Of a stretch of DNA of 64,000 nt, positions 12,232 through 24,619 are shown in pieces. A model generated the notes under the pieces. The model was not told the DNA's origin. It saw only the letters and a list, made by a program, of their open reading frames with translations, and searched no databases. The stretch lies in the NCBI RefSeq assembly GCF_009914755.1, contig NC_060929.1, one strand, 5' to 3'. Position 1 is the first letter of the stretch. Every line of letters begins with the position of its first letter. Origin of the DNA: the human T2T-CHM13v2.0 reference genome, Homo sapiens. The position numbers and the translations under genes were made by a program.

Positions 12232-13112
12232 ATAAAAGTCTCTGTCTCTTGAGTATCACCAAGTCATCTGTGTGAAATCGAGGTATGAGTATTATCTATA
12301 TTTTTCAGTTTTCAGGAAAGGAATATAAGACATCACAAAAACTCCACCCTATTACTCTTACTCATAGGTTCAGAACTTCAGATGAAGTGAAGTTCCATTT
12401 CTAAAATAACTCCTATTTCTATGAATGTCTTCAGCAGTTGCTCCTGGACCTTCCAGGTTCATAAGAATTCATTCTCATAAACTCACAGAACAGAGTAAAA
12501 CCACCATCTCTCAGGAATCCCCTCTGGCATCTGTTAAAGATCAAGCCAATCAATCTAAGATGACCAGCCCTCCCAGATTCAAATCTCTGAAATAGGGTTT
12601 GTTTGGTTTGGTATAAATTGACTATAAAATGCCAATCAAATAAGATGCCATACTGTTTTTATTTGAATAATAGTAATTACAGGATTGTTAGTTTATGTTC
12701 ATTCTGTTTTCAAGAAATAATTCTTATCTGGTGACCCATTAATTAATTTGTAATGAATTTCCATCAAACTGTTTGTTTGATGAATATCAATGTTCTGAGA
12801 ATCAGTTATCAAGTATGCTGTACAATCATGAGATAAAGGTCAATTGAGAAAAATACTAGATGTAGTCTTGGAAATTTTTGACTAGTGAAATCACTTCATT
12901 CAAGTGTGATTAAAAGTTGGTCATTAATTTAGAACTAAGAAATAACTATTAAACAAACAGCTTGTATCAGGAAAACAAATTCTTTCTAAACAATACCTCC
13001 ATTTAATGACAAGAAAGTTCTCTTACTATGTAGCTATCTTGGTATTTTTCATCCTATGTATTTCTGCCATGTAGTCCTCAATTTTGGGAGGTGACATTTT
13101 CTTTTCTAATTA

Positions 13113-13289
<177 letters not shown>

Positions 13290-14774
13290 TTACAGAGAGA
13301 AAACGTCATTCACATGATTTTCCATGAAAAAATGCATATCAGTTTAGCTGCTCAAAATGCAGATTCTTATATCCAATTATCCTTTCAGGTTTTTTCCATG
13401 ACATTCCTCAAAAATTTTATATCTACCACACTGGCAAAACACATGTGTCACCTATTAGAATGCATGTAAGTCCCACAAAGCAGAATTTCCTCAATATATT
13501 TAAAGACAAAAAAAAAAACAATAAAAAAGAAGACATTATAGGTTTTGTATTTCCATATTCCAAATGGTTTTACGTTCTTCATCAATATTGGTATTTACAT
13601 GACAGCATGGGTTATAAAATGAAGAACGAGATGAAAGCAAAACAGAAAGAAAAAATACAGAAAATACAAATTAAACAGAAAGGCAAAAACTCTAATACTA
13701 TTCTCTATGAAGTTAAAAATGAAATTAATGGTCAGGTAAATGCATACTATGCAGAAGGCCAGAAAAAAAGCTCTAAAGAATTTATCTTAATTGGCCATGA
13801 TAATTTTTTTCTTTTTCTTTTGCTTTCACTTAGTTTTTCACTTTATAACCCATGATGTCATGTAAATAGTAGTATATTGGAAGGCAAGAGCCATAAGAAT
13901 GAGTAACACGTAAGTAATGATAATCAATCAAACATCATCATGAAAAATATATATATATATATAATTAGGAGGAACTTTTTTTCTCTTCTAATACATTTGA
14001 TGAAGGAAATGATAAAAACAGATGGTGAACACTTTATGTTGGGTAAAACATTCAGGGCAGAATGACTCCTAGTATGCAATATTGGACATTCCTAAAGATA
14101 CTGCCAATGCTGTCTTTTTGTCAGCCTCAGCTCATGCATATACACAAATGATCAGTCTAAGATTATCAACCTATCAATTAATTTGTAGATTACTATATAT
14201 ACCAGTACTGTGAATCACAAATAACATTTGTCATCTGGGATATTCAGATAATAAAAAGCAGAGCTAAACATCAGAGTCCATAGCATGTCACTCAGCTTTG
14301 ACGAATGCATTAAAATTGTGTATAATGTTAATATACTCATGTTAAACATTAAAAATAAAAGCATAATAATATCAAATCCATTATTTATTCCCAGGTGAGT
14401 TTTAACTACATAAGAAATACAAAAGTTAACTGCACTTATCTTAAGGCTGTATTTCTAAACAGTTATTTCTCATATGTTCGGTTTCTCAGGAACCAGTTTT
14501 GCATAAAATGTATGGGAAATTAAGGCAAAACCTCCAGAATAGTCAGGCACAGGCTGAAATTCATGCCATGGTTTAGTCTACAAGTTCTATGATACTCAAC
14601 TATGACACATTATTTTTCTCATATAATAAACTAATAATCTAGTTGTTTAAGAAAATTACCAATTTTATTAGCATAGAAGTTATAGTTGGTATAATAATGA
14701 CAGTATCTATAAACAAAGAGCACTAATCTATCCTGTATGAAATATTTCGATAGATCTCATTATTTTGTTTTTTA

Positions 14775-15099
<325 letters not shown>

Positions 15100-15799
15100 T
15101 TAATTCTTAAGAACTGCCAGCAAATTAAAATTCTTGGTTTGCCAAACAGCATGTATAAAAGCATCAGTACATATAAAAGCAGCCAAGAAGGGGTATCATA
15201 TCATCACTGTCCAGAAGACAGCTCTTCCCTCTTTCCCCCTTCTTAGAATTTGGAATGGCTGAAATTCACCATAACATCAAAATCCTTCTTTTCATTAGGC
15301 TTAGGAAAAAGCATACTTTCTTTTTGTCTCTGGTGACCATGACAACAGATCAATTTGGGTAAATAATTGTATTTTTTTACTTTATATACCATTATTATTG
15401 TCTATTGTGGTAGCTAGAAGGAAGCAAAAAAATAGATATGTTTGAAATCTATGGGAAATGGAAGCACCATTTACTGCTTTATTCAACTTATTCACTCAGT
15501 GATTCAATGATCATGCTATGGAATACTAGCAATGTATAAGGTACCTTAATATCTCCTAAGCAATGAGGTATATTTTCTATTCCCTGCATATGATAACCCT
15601 TCAACAAAAGTCTGTTGGCTTAGAAGGAGAATTATATCTGTAGCTGAGGGGATGTGTTTTTGTTATTTGTCGATATTGCAGATCCCATCCTCCCACTTCT
15701 AATTCTGGTTAGGAATCATAAGCCAAGAACTTCAGCAGCTATGAAAAAGTGGAAGGGAAAGTAGATTTGGAGTAGGGAAATCTGTTTTTGGGAATAGAC

Positions 15800-15945
15800 T
15801 CATTTACTTAAAACATTGAGCAAGTAACTGAATTGTAAGCAAGTTTGTTCTTATTTGTAAATGATTTATAGGGTTGTGAGGATTAAATTAACCACTGCAA
15901 GAGCATTTTTGTAAAGCATAAAGTATAAATACAAAACACTATTGC
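15800..15945 (+). mobile_element. MIR remnant
   Basis: gagcaagtaactgaa...ttgtaaatg...tagggttgtgaggattaaat. Confidence 0.6.
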
Positions 15946-16303
15946 TACACCCATCTGAAAATAAGTGATATATACATGAATACTGAAAAAAATAAATATA
16001 ATATTTAGAGACAATTCAATAAACCTTCCAAAATCAGTACTATGAATTACTAGTTTATTAGGCTAGCCGCACATCAAACAATTTGGATCTATAAGTTTTC
16101 AAGCATATTTTTGAAAAAGATTTATTTATCCTTCTTTAGCTACAATATAAGCAGGTTCATGGCAGTGATTACTTGGATAGTGCTTACACCCTTGGAAAAA
16201 GGAAAAGATGATGGATGGTTGTTAGGAGCTATCTCTGTATCTCTGTCATTCATAATACTCTCCTCTGTTTCTTTAGCCCTAGACAGACCAAAGTAGTTAT
16301 TTA

Positions 16304-16306
16304 TGC

Positions 16307-16352
<46 letters not shown>

Positions 16353-16359
16353 GTATGTG
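16304..16359. repeat. (TG)n microsatellite
   Basis: Alternating purine-pyrimidine tract, 30 nt of it pure GT. Confidence 0.97.
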
Positions 16360-17334
16360 ATGTTGGCAAACTGCTATTTCATAATCTCTTCTAGATAATT
16401 TAGTTGAAGTAATGAGTAGGAAAATATAGATGTTGAAATTTATAAACCATTTGAAATTTTTGAAGATGACCTGTACATATATTGGTTTAACAAAAACTTT
16501 ATTAGTGAATAATAGAATATTGCAGCTCTCGTTTTGTCATTTCAAGGTATCAGTCAGTCTCCAAAGCCCAATACTTATAGCTGTTGCTAGAGTGGCTTAA
16601 TTACTAGAGATGTGGTGAAAACTATTTAATGTGATCAGTAAATAAAATAATCTCTTCACAAGATTACTACTTAAAAGTAGTGTGAAAAAATTAATTGTTA
16701 ATTTAATTGCAATCTGAGAGATAATATTGAACTACTGGTGATAAAATTAAGTGCATTATATATGCTATATATTTTATTCAAAGAAAAAACCAGAAAAGCA
16801 TTTTCTCTCATATTTTAATTCTACTCTTTAAAAGAACGAGGCATAAAATGATGTGTATTTGGTTAAGAAATTATCAACAAAATATAGCACAATGAATTAA
16901 AGTATCTTCTGTGAATAGTCTTGTATTGCCACTGCTTTTTAAACTCATACTAAGAACAAAGTGATTAACAGTCTTTCTGATCTGTCAAGGGTAAAGAACG
17001 GTCACTGAAAATTGAGCCAAAAGATTTTTGTTCTGTTATTAGAACTACACTGCAGAAGAAATCAGTGTTCAGTGTTCAATATAAGATTCTTGTCACAAGA
17101 AATCAGTACTAATTCAGAAAACAGGATTAGGTTAGTATTTTACAAATGACAGAAGGTCAAATTTTCTGCAACCCAATGAAGACACTGGTGTACAGATAAC
17201 ATAGTGAGATATAATTCAGTTTGGCAAACCAATCATGGCTCTACTTTTAAATTTCACATATTAAGGTTTCAGTCTCAGAACTACATTTTATCATTTAAAG
17301 TGCTTTTAAGGAACAAAGCTTTTGCTGCTAGTTA

Positions 17335-17448
<114 letters not shown>

Positions 17449-18099
17449 TCAAAAGAGCACAAGAACAAATCCAACATTAGGTATAGGTACTCCTATTCCC
17501 CAGAAATAGAATTGTAACTAAGCCATAATTTATTATTAAGCATTTTGATTCTTCATTGTTAACATAAAGTATTTGTGTAGACTATGGTATGTTAGCTTTT
17601 AGGTTTTGTAAGCCATCTTGGGTCACTGAAACTGATAATTTTGAGGGTAGGACATGACATATAGGATGATTAAAGTGCATATCCCCATACACAGCTCCAC
17701 AACCCTGAAAGTTCTGGTGGAAGCCTAAGCCTAAGAATTTGTTCTAAGATATGCTGAAAAAAATGATGTGATTTCAATACATTTCCAAAGTCTTTGTATT
17801 ACTAAGGGTGGAATTGTGGTAGACAGATTAGCATAGTTCAGTGAAATTGTTGGCAGTACAAAGCTGGACCTCAAACTAAGGGAGACTTAGTGTTAAATTA
17901 TCCACATAATTATTGTATTATTAAAGTCATTATGAAGAAATTGTGTGAATCCAGGAACACTTAAAGTAATACAGTGATAGAAGGTGGTTTTGAGGGTGGG
18001 AAAGTGGGGGTAAAGGAGAAAGTCTTAGGGAAGAGCCTAAAAAGAGGCAGCCAGTGAGAAATTTCCATATTCAAAAAAGTCTAGTCAATTTTTAAGACT

Positions 18100-18962
18100 G
18101 GAACTAATTTTTTTCTGGTTTCTGCCTTTCCCATTCCAGTGTACTCTACATTCTTGACACCCGACAGTCCCCTCATTTCATCAGGTTCTGTTTGTCTATT
18201 CTGCACTAAAGGCTTCTCAAATCTTCCCAATTACCTTCATCTCCACCATCACTTCCCGAGGCCAAGCCACCATAATCTCTCACCTGGATGAAGGCTTCAT
18301 GTTCAGAATTCCTGCATCCATCATTCCTTACCCACTTTACTCTTGTCTCTATACAGTAGCCAGAATTGTTTTCAAAATACAAAGTAGATCATGTCAATCT
18401 CCTACATCAAACTGTTCATTATTTCTCCATTAGCTTTAAGATTAAGATTACATTTGTTAAGGAAGCCTGAAGTAAACTGTGCATTTGTTAAAGTGGTTTT
18501 GCCTGGTTTCTCCAGACTTCTTTCTTTCCTTTGCTTGCTTGGGTCTATGCATCCCTAATGCACAGGCTTTCTTGCAGTTGCTGGAATGTAGGTTGTTCCA
18601 TCCCACTGTTGCTTGTTTTCACATGCTGTCATTTCTTTCTCTTATGCCTTTCTCTTTCTCCTTCTTCTAGCCCTGCTGCAGGGCTGGTTAATGCCTACTC
18701 ACCCTTCAGCTCTCAGTTCAAGCCCATTACCATAGCTCTCAATCTACCATGGATATTTTCTTCCTTATACTTACTTCAAGTTGTAATTTTACATTTATCA
18801 TGTCCCTGTGTGAGTTTTATGTTTTCCTGAGTAGAGTATGAGCTACATGATCATGGATACTTTTGCCTGTTTGCTTACCATTGTTTCCTCAGTGCCCAAC
18901 ACAGTGCCACTAGATATTTAATGAATGTTTGTATGTTTGCTGAATGATTAAATGAATAAATG
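18100..18962 (+). mobile_element. L2 3' portion
   Basis: ccaagccaccataatctctcacctgga, cagtagccaga, gatcatgtca, cagtgcccaacacagtgcc, ending tgaatgattaaatgaataaatga. Confidence 0.85.
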
Positions 18963-19679
18963 AGAACTATGATATGCTTTAATACTCTTGATTTTCCAAG
19001 CCATCAGTAAGAGTCTACCACACAACACTCTTGTGTTAGTGGAGTAGTATCCAGTATTGCAAATGGAGGGCAATCTCAGGAGACATGTTGAGAGTAGAGT
19101 TGACAGTAGGAGTTCAAAAGAAAACAATGGAAGTTACAGGCAACCAGGAAAAATGGAACCCTCTCCCAACTTAATTAATATTCAGAAACATTGTGTGGGA
19201 GAAAAGCACTGAGCTTCTTAATGCATGCAGAATAGGGCCTTTAGCCATTCTATTAAAGTACTGTATTACAGAAAAATATGATCCTAGAAAGCTGGGGACA
19301 TGTAGAGGCTGACAATTGGTTTAACTAAATTCATTCAGTGAAATTTGGGCAGTTTTGGTATTCAAAGAATTGTGCCAAATGCTATAAAAAGATAAATAAA
19401 ACAGAATCTTAAAATCATTTTAAGGTTAAAAGTGTTCAAGCAAATTGCCTAAAATTTTTTCTTGAACAAGAATTGTTTAAGTTTTAAAAAATGTAGGCAA
19501 CATAATATCAAAAGACCTTTAACATGGGAAAAACAAATGAATATGCTTATACATCTGTGATTTCTTAGTTACCTCAGTTGAATTTTGTGCTAGAAAATAA
19601 AAAATTATAGAGAACATAATGAAAGATAACACGAGAGAAGTAAACATTCAGGGATAGAAACAGAAAAAATATATAGTAA

Positions 19680-19860
19680 AATGTCTAAGCATATAGGCTC
19701 TCTACTTAGGCAAATCTCAAAGCAAATTCTGGTTTTACTACTTAGTGTTATTTAATCCCTCTGTTCTTCAGTTTCTTCATCCGTAATACTGAAAAATAAT
19801 AGCACCTGCCTTATTGTTTTCACAAGGAATAAGAAGGAATTAGATATAAATCAAACATTA
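19680..19860 (+). mobile_element. MIR remnant
   Basis: ctctgttcttcagtttcttcatccgtaa...aataatagcacctgcct. Confidence 0.65.
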
Positions 19861-20365
19861 AACAAGTTTCAGCTGCAATATCTTTATCATATTCATTGTC
19901 AAAAGAATTCAGAGGAAAAAGCCATGGTGTTTAGCTGTATTATCAATTGTAAGAAAAAGGAATGGAGGACTAGACAATTTTGTCGGCATTAAATGAGATG
20001 TAGAATTTTGACATTTGAAGTTAAATGAACAGTAGAGAGAGACTTTTCAAGAAAGATGGTATACTAGTTTCCGAGGGCTACTTTAACAAATTACCACAAA
20101 CTAGGAGGCTTAGATAAACAGAAATTCATTCTCTCATAGTTCTGGAGGAAAAAAAATTCTAAATCAAAGTGTTAGCAGTCTTGGATACTCCAGAAGCTTT
20201 GGGGAAAAATTTATTCCTTGCCGCTGTTAGCTTCTAGTGGCTGTTGGTTCTTTGGTATTCCTGGGCTTGTAGATACTTCACTCCTGTCTGTGTCTCTGTC
20301 TCCACGTGGCTTTTTCCTTCTGTGACTCTGGGTGTCTTCTACTGTTCTTTTTCATACAATGACAT

Positions 20366-20733
20366 TTAATTTTTTGTTTTTTATTTTTTTGGGTACACAG
20401 TAGGTGTATATATTTAAGGGGTATATGAGATGTTTTGATACACACATGTAATGCATAATAATCACATCATAGAGAATGGGTTATACACACCCTGAAGCAT
20501 TTATCCCTCATGTTAGAAACAATCCAATTATACTTTTTTAGTTATTTTAAAATGTACAATTAAGTTATTGTTAACTATAGTCACTCCATTGTGCTGTCAA
20601 ATAGTAGGTCATATTCATTCTTTTGATTTTTTGTACCCATTAACCATTCCTACCTTTCCCCCAACCCCCTACTTTCCTTCCCAGCCCTGGTAACAATCCT
20701 ACTCTCTATGTCCATGAGTTCAATTGTTTTGAT
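20366..20733 (-). mobile_element. L1MA2/3-type 3' end
   Basis: gggtacacagtaggtgtatatattt...aatcacatcat...ccatgagttcaattgttttga. Confidence 0.88.
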
Positions 20734-20784
20734 AGCTTAAGGACATGTTTTATAAGGATACTGTCATTGAATTTAAGGTCCACA

Positions 20785-21288
20785 AAAGCAAGATAGCCTT
20801 AACATTCCCCTCAGTTTCCCTAAACTTTAGACAGGCCTCTGACCTCACTTTCCTTAGCACAATATTCACTTTAGAAAACTTTCAATTGTAAATTTTCTGT
20901 CTGCACTTTTGAGATATAAATATTCTCCCATCCTCTTGGTAGTTTTATAACACAGGAATTTCTTTCTCAATGACCTGGAGCCATCTCTTTGAAAGATATC
21001 CTCAAGGAAGATAGCCACCATCTGCCCAGTCTCTGTGGGAGGTCTAGGAGCCTAACTTAGGTAAGTGACAACAGCAAACACATCAAATTGACCTAATCAC
21101 ATGAATCAACATACTTTCTAATGTGCTCCAGTATGTTTCCACTAGCTAACCCCAGCACTTACATATCCTCCTGTCTTTTTTTTTTTTTCCCCAGAAGAGT
21201 TGAGTTTAATTTCTCTCCTCCACTGCAATAGTCTTGAATAAACTCCTCTTTGGCTGCTTAATTTGTCCAGTACAACTTTTCTTTGACA
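20785..21288 (+). mobile_element. ERV1-class solo LTR (MER67/MER31-like)
   Basis: ctaaactttagacagg, ctttagaaaact, cccagtctctgtgggagg, gtcttgaataaa, ends ttctttgaca. Confidence 0.7.
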
Positions 21289-21549
21289 CATTATAATTCA
21301 GGATAATCTCATCTCGAGATCCTTACTTTAATCACATCTACAAAAACTCACTCTCTCTCCAAAGAAGGTCATATTTATAGGTACAAGGGGTTAAGACTTA
21401 GTCATATCTTTTGGGGAAAACAAACCTGGTACAGATGACAAAACAGGAACAAAGGCTCAGGAAAAGAAAATAAATAACTCATTTCAGAAAATGTATGTAG
21501 ACTGAGATGGCTGGGACTGAGATTACATTGAAGTGAAGAGGAGCTGACT

Positions 21550-21850
21550 AATTTATTCATGTATTCAAACATTTATTGCAAGGGGAAGTTGTTATTAGGA
21601 GTGGGAAAAAATAATAAGAAGAAAAAGCTTAGATTCTTCTCTCCAGAAACTTGAAGTTCACATGGGGGAAGACATATAAACAGCCATTCACGGTATACCG
21701 GGAAAATGGCTGCAAAATATGTTTCTTTCGAGTAGAAAGGTGGGGAGCTGGCATCATTTAACTTAGTCTGAGAGTGGGTAAGAGAGATCTACCTGGATGG
21801 ATTATGCAAGATTGTCCCAATAGGATGATGATTAGATTCATGAAAAGATA
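21550..21850 (-). mobile_element. L2 3' end remnant
   Basis: attcatgtattcaaacatttattg reverse L2 tail followed by purine-rich body. Confidence 0.55.
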
Positions 21851-23289
21851 CATATAGGACATGTTCAGTTTCTTTAACAGTTCAAGGATGAGAAATGTGC
21901 AAAGATATTTACAAGAAAAGGGGGGATAATATATTTCTTTATGCAGAATTATGGTTTTTCAAGTCTCCAAAGCTCTCCTGAAGACATACTGGTAAAAAGT
22001 GAGTGTCCCGTTAGGCAGGAGATATTCCCCAGGAGCAGGAGACATGCATAGGTTTCAGGCTTCTTTATTCCTACATCTCACACCCTCACCTAAGATCTGG
22101 CTTGGAAGCATCAGTTGAGCAGATAAAATATTGTTTTTATCTCAGGAAAACTAAAATAAATAACCATTGGAATTATCCAATGAGGGGAAGATATTTTATC
22201 AATTAAACAAACCCTAGAACTCCATTCTTAACAATTGAATGTCTTCCCCCCTTATCCCACTTTTTGAGGAAAACTGGGTACCATAGACTCACTGGTTGGT
22301 ATGGCTTTTCTCAGTATATTTAGTCTCCTTTTTGAGATTCATCATAGATTAATGACCTCTCACTGATTTCAAACACAACTTGTTCTAATTAATTGTGTAC
22401 ATTGTTTGGAACCTTACCTTTTAATTATTTGGCTACCATAACCTTTTCTTTAGCTAACTTTCTTGTCTTAGTTCTATTGCAATTTCTTCCGATGAAGGCC
22501 TTACTTTCTGAAGGCAAGAAGTCCATGATATAGACACTGTCCATGGAGCCTTGATTTCTTTTAGAAGAGAATGATAGTAGAAACCTCAATCTGGAATATG
22601 TGGTGGTATATTGGATGATTCCCCAAAACTTCTGGAGTTAAGAGGGATGATATCAGAAAAAAAAAACTAATTAAATCATTCTATAGCATAAGAAAAATCA
22701 TCTTATATCAAAATATCATAAGTTCATGTTACTTTTGATTAAATTAACTTTCTTTTTAACTTTCTCTAAGAGCTTATTGCTCAAAGTTTTCTCTCGTTTA
22801 ATTAGCTTTGTGGTATTATACTAAAGAGGGTCAATCATATTATGTATTGAAGTTGCACCTACCATCTCCAATACTTAGACGTTTCCTTTTTTTTTTTGTT
22901 CTCAGAGCCCAAATAGGTTAATATTCAGATTGTCACCTTAATACTATCCCTGAAGCAATAATTACTTGAAAGGAAAATAAATTCCTTCCTCTCTTCAAGG
23001 TAAAGTTAAAATATATGCAGTTTCAAAAGAGCTACTATTTCAGATAGAATAACATAAAATCAGCAAACAATAGCAATAGAACTTAACAATACAGACAAAT
23101 AAATGCCTTTGAGGGTTTCTAAAAATATGTTTTTGTTTTCCTCTAAAATTTCACTTAGTTTTTTTCCCATGGTCACTAGTGTCATAATCATCGATCATGG
23201 GAATTTTTATGTTAAATTCTAATTTATTATAAACATTTGAATAAATACAATCTCAGTATTAAATAAAATTTTCAATAACCTTTAGGATT

Positions 23290-24615
23290 TCTGTTTGTCA
23301 CTAAAGTGATAGCTTGCAGCAGATCAATGACCTGACAGATAACAAATGCTATGAGAGCCAAAGATTATTTTTAAAAATCTGTTTAAAAGCATTCATGATA
23401 CATTAAGCAACAGGATTTGAAAGGCCAATGTATCAGAGAGGAAGGACCTGGAGAAGTAAGTAATGAGCTGCAAAATATACTTCTCCTTAGAGCATTTATC
23501 CTTTTATTTTATGGATTGAAAAGTGAAAAATCCCGGCAGAGAAATTTTGATCAGAACTTGAGAAGCCAGGAGAGTACTTGGCAATCTTACAGGGTTGACA
23601 AAGCAAAAAAGAGTTTAGAGCTGCCGAGGTAGCCAGGACTTGAAGGATCAAGCTCAAGAGAAGTGAGCACCACACACACCACTAAGTTTCCCCCCAAGAA
23701 TGTTCTAAAGTATTAAACTGAGAAGGCTAAGAAGCCAAGCAAAGAAGTCACCAACAAGCAGAGTGGAATTTTTCAGAAACTTTACAGTTTCTGAAAATTT
23801 GGGGCTCAAATCTACAAAACGAGAGAGGCCTTGATGAACACCTCAGGCTCTCCATTGGGACTCCTGAAAATTTACACTCTGGCGTTATGTTTGAATCACA
23901 TGTAGATTTAACTTAAAAGTTAGATAATCCTGGAGTCAGTTCAGCTACTGGTTAGATGAAAATGCTCTGCCATCAATCAAGATGCATAGCAGAAGAAGGT
24001 GAACTGTCTTTCTGCTGTACATAGTATGAACCAGGAGTCTTTGTCATTTTTAATACAAAAAATCCAGAATTCAATAAAAAATGATAAGGCATACTGGGCA
24101 AATCTCACACACAGAAGGTTTATATTGGAGTTACAAATATGGACTTTAAAATAACTATGATAAGTATATTTAAATAAATAGCCAGGTGAAGAATTTTGCT
24201 AGAAAACTGGAATCTATCTTAAAATTCACATATTACTTATAGAATTGACAAAAAAAGCAGTAAGTGAAATTAAGAAGTTGGTAGGTGTATATAACAGCAG
24301 ATTAGACATAGCAGAAAAGAAGATTGGTGAATTGGAAGATAGGGAAACAGAAATATCTAGGCTGAAGCAAGGGAAAAAACAGGCAGAATATATAGAAAAG
24401 AACAGCAGAGACATATATGAGAATGTTCCTAGCAGCATTGTTTGTATAATATAAAAAGAGAAATGAATCAAATATTTACCAATAGTTCAAGGGATAAATT
24501 TTGGTAGCTTTATAAAATGGAAATACTTTAAGTATTTAAAAACTTTAAATACTTGAGCTACAGTAAGTGAAGTCCAGATGCAACCACATAGAATAGTTTG
24601 GACACAAAATATTTT
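23290..24615 (+). mobile_element. Old L1M (L1ME/MD-like): 5' region and ORF1 remnant joined to a 3'-end fragment
   Basis: ORF 24245-24454 (SEIKKLVGVYNSRLDIAEKKIGELED) matches the L1 ORF1 coiled coil; from ~24420 gaatgttcctagcagcattgttt is the ORF2 C-terminus/3'UTR. Confidence 0.7.
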
Positions 24616-24619
24616 TTTG

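Larger units (their letters stand above)
20058..21433 (-). mobile_element. MLT1B/C LTR, split by two nested insertions
   Basis: aacaaattaccacaaactaggaggctta...ttctggagg (20058-20365); tataaggatactgtcattgaatttaaggtccac (~20750-20783); ggataatctcatctcgagatcctt...ttttgggg (21289-21433). Confidence 0.85.

Noticed and set aside
13445-13855. 136 aa Lys-rich ORF
   Set aside because: Non-ATG start; composition is explained by A-rich low-complexity DNA.
17993-18030. Possible G-quadruplex
   Set aside because: Only three close G-tracts; the fourth needs a ~17 nt loop.
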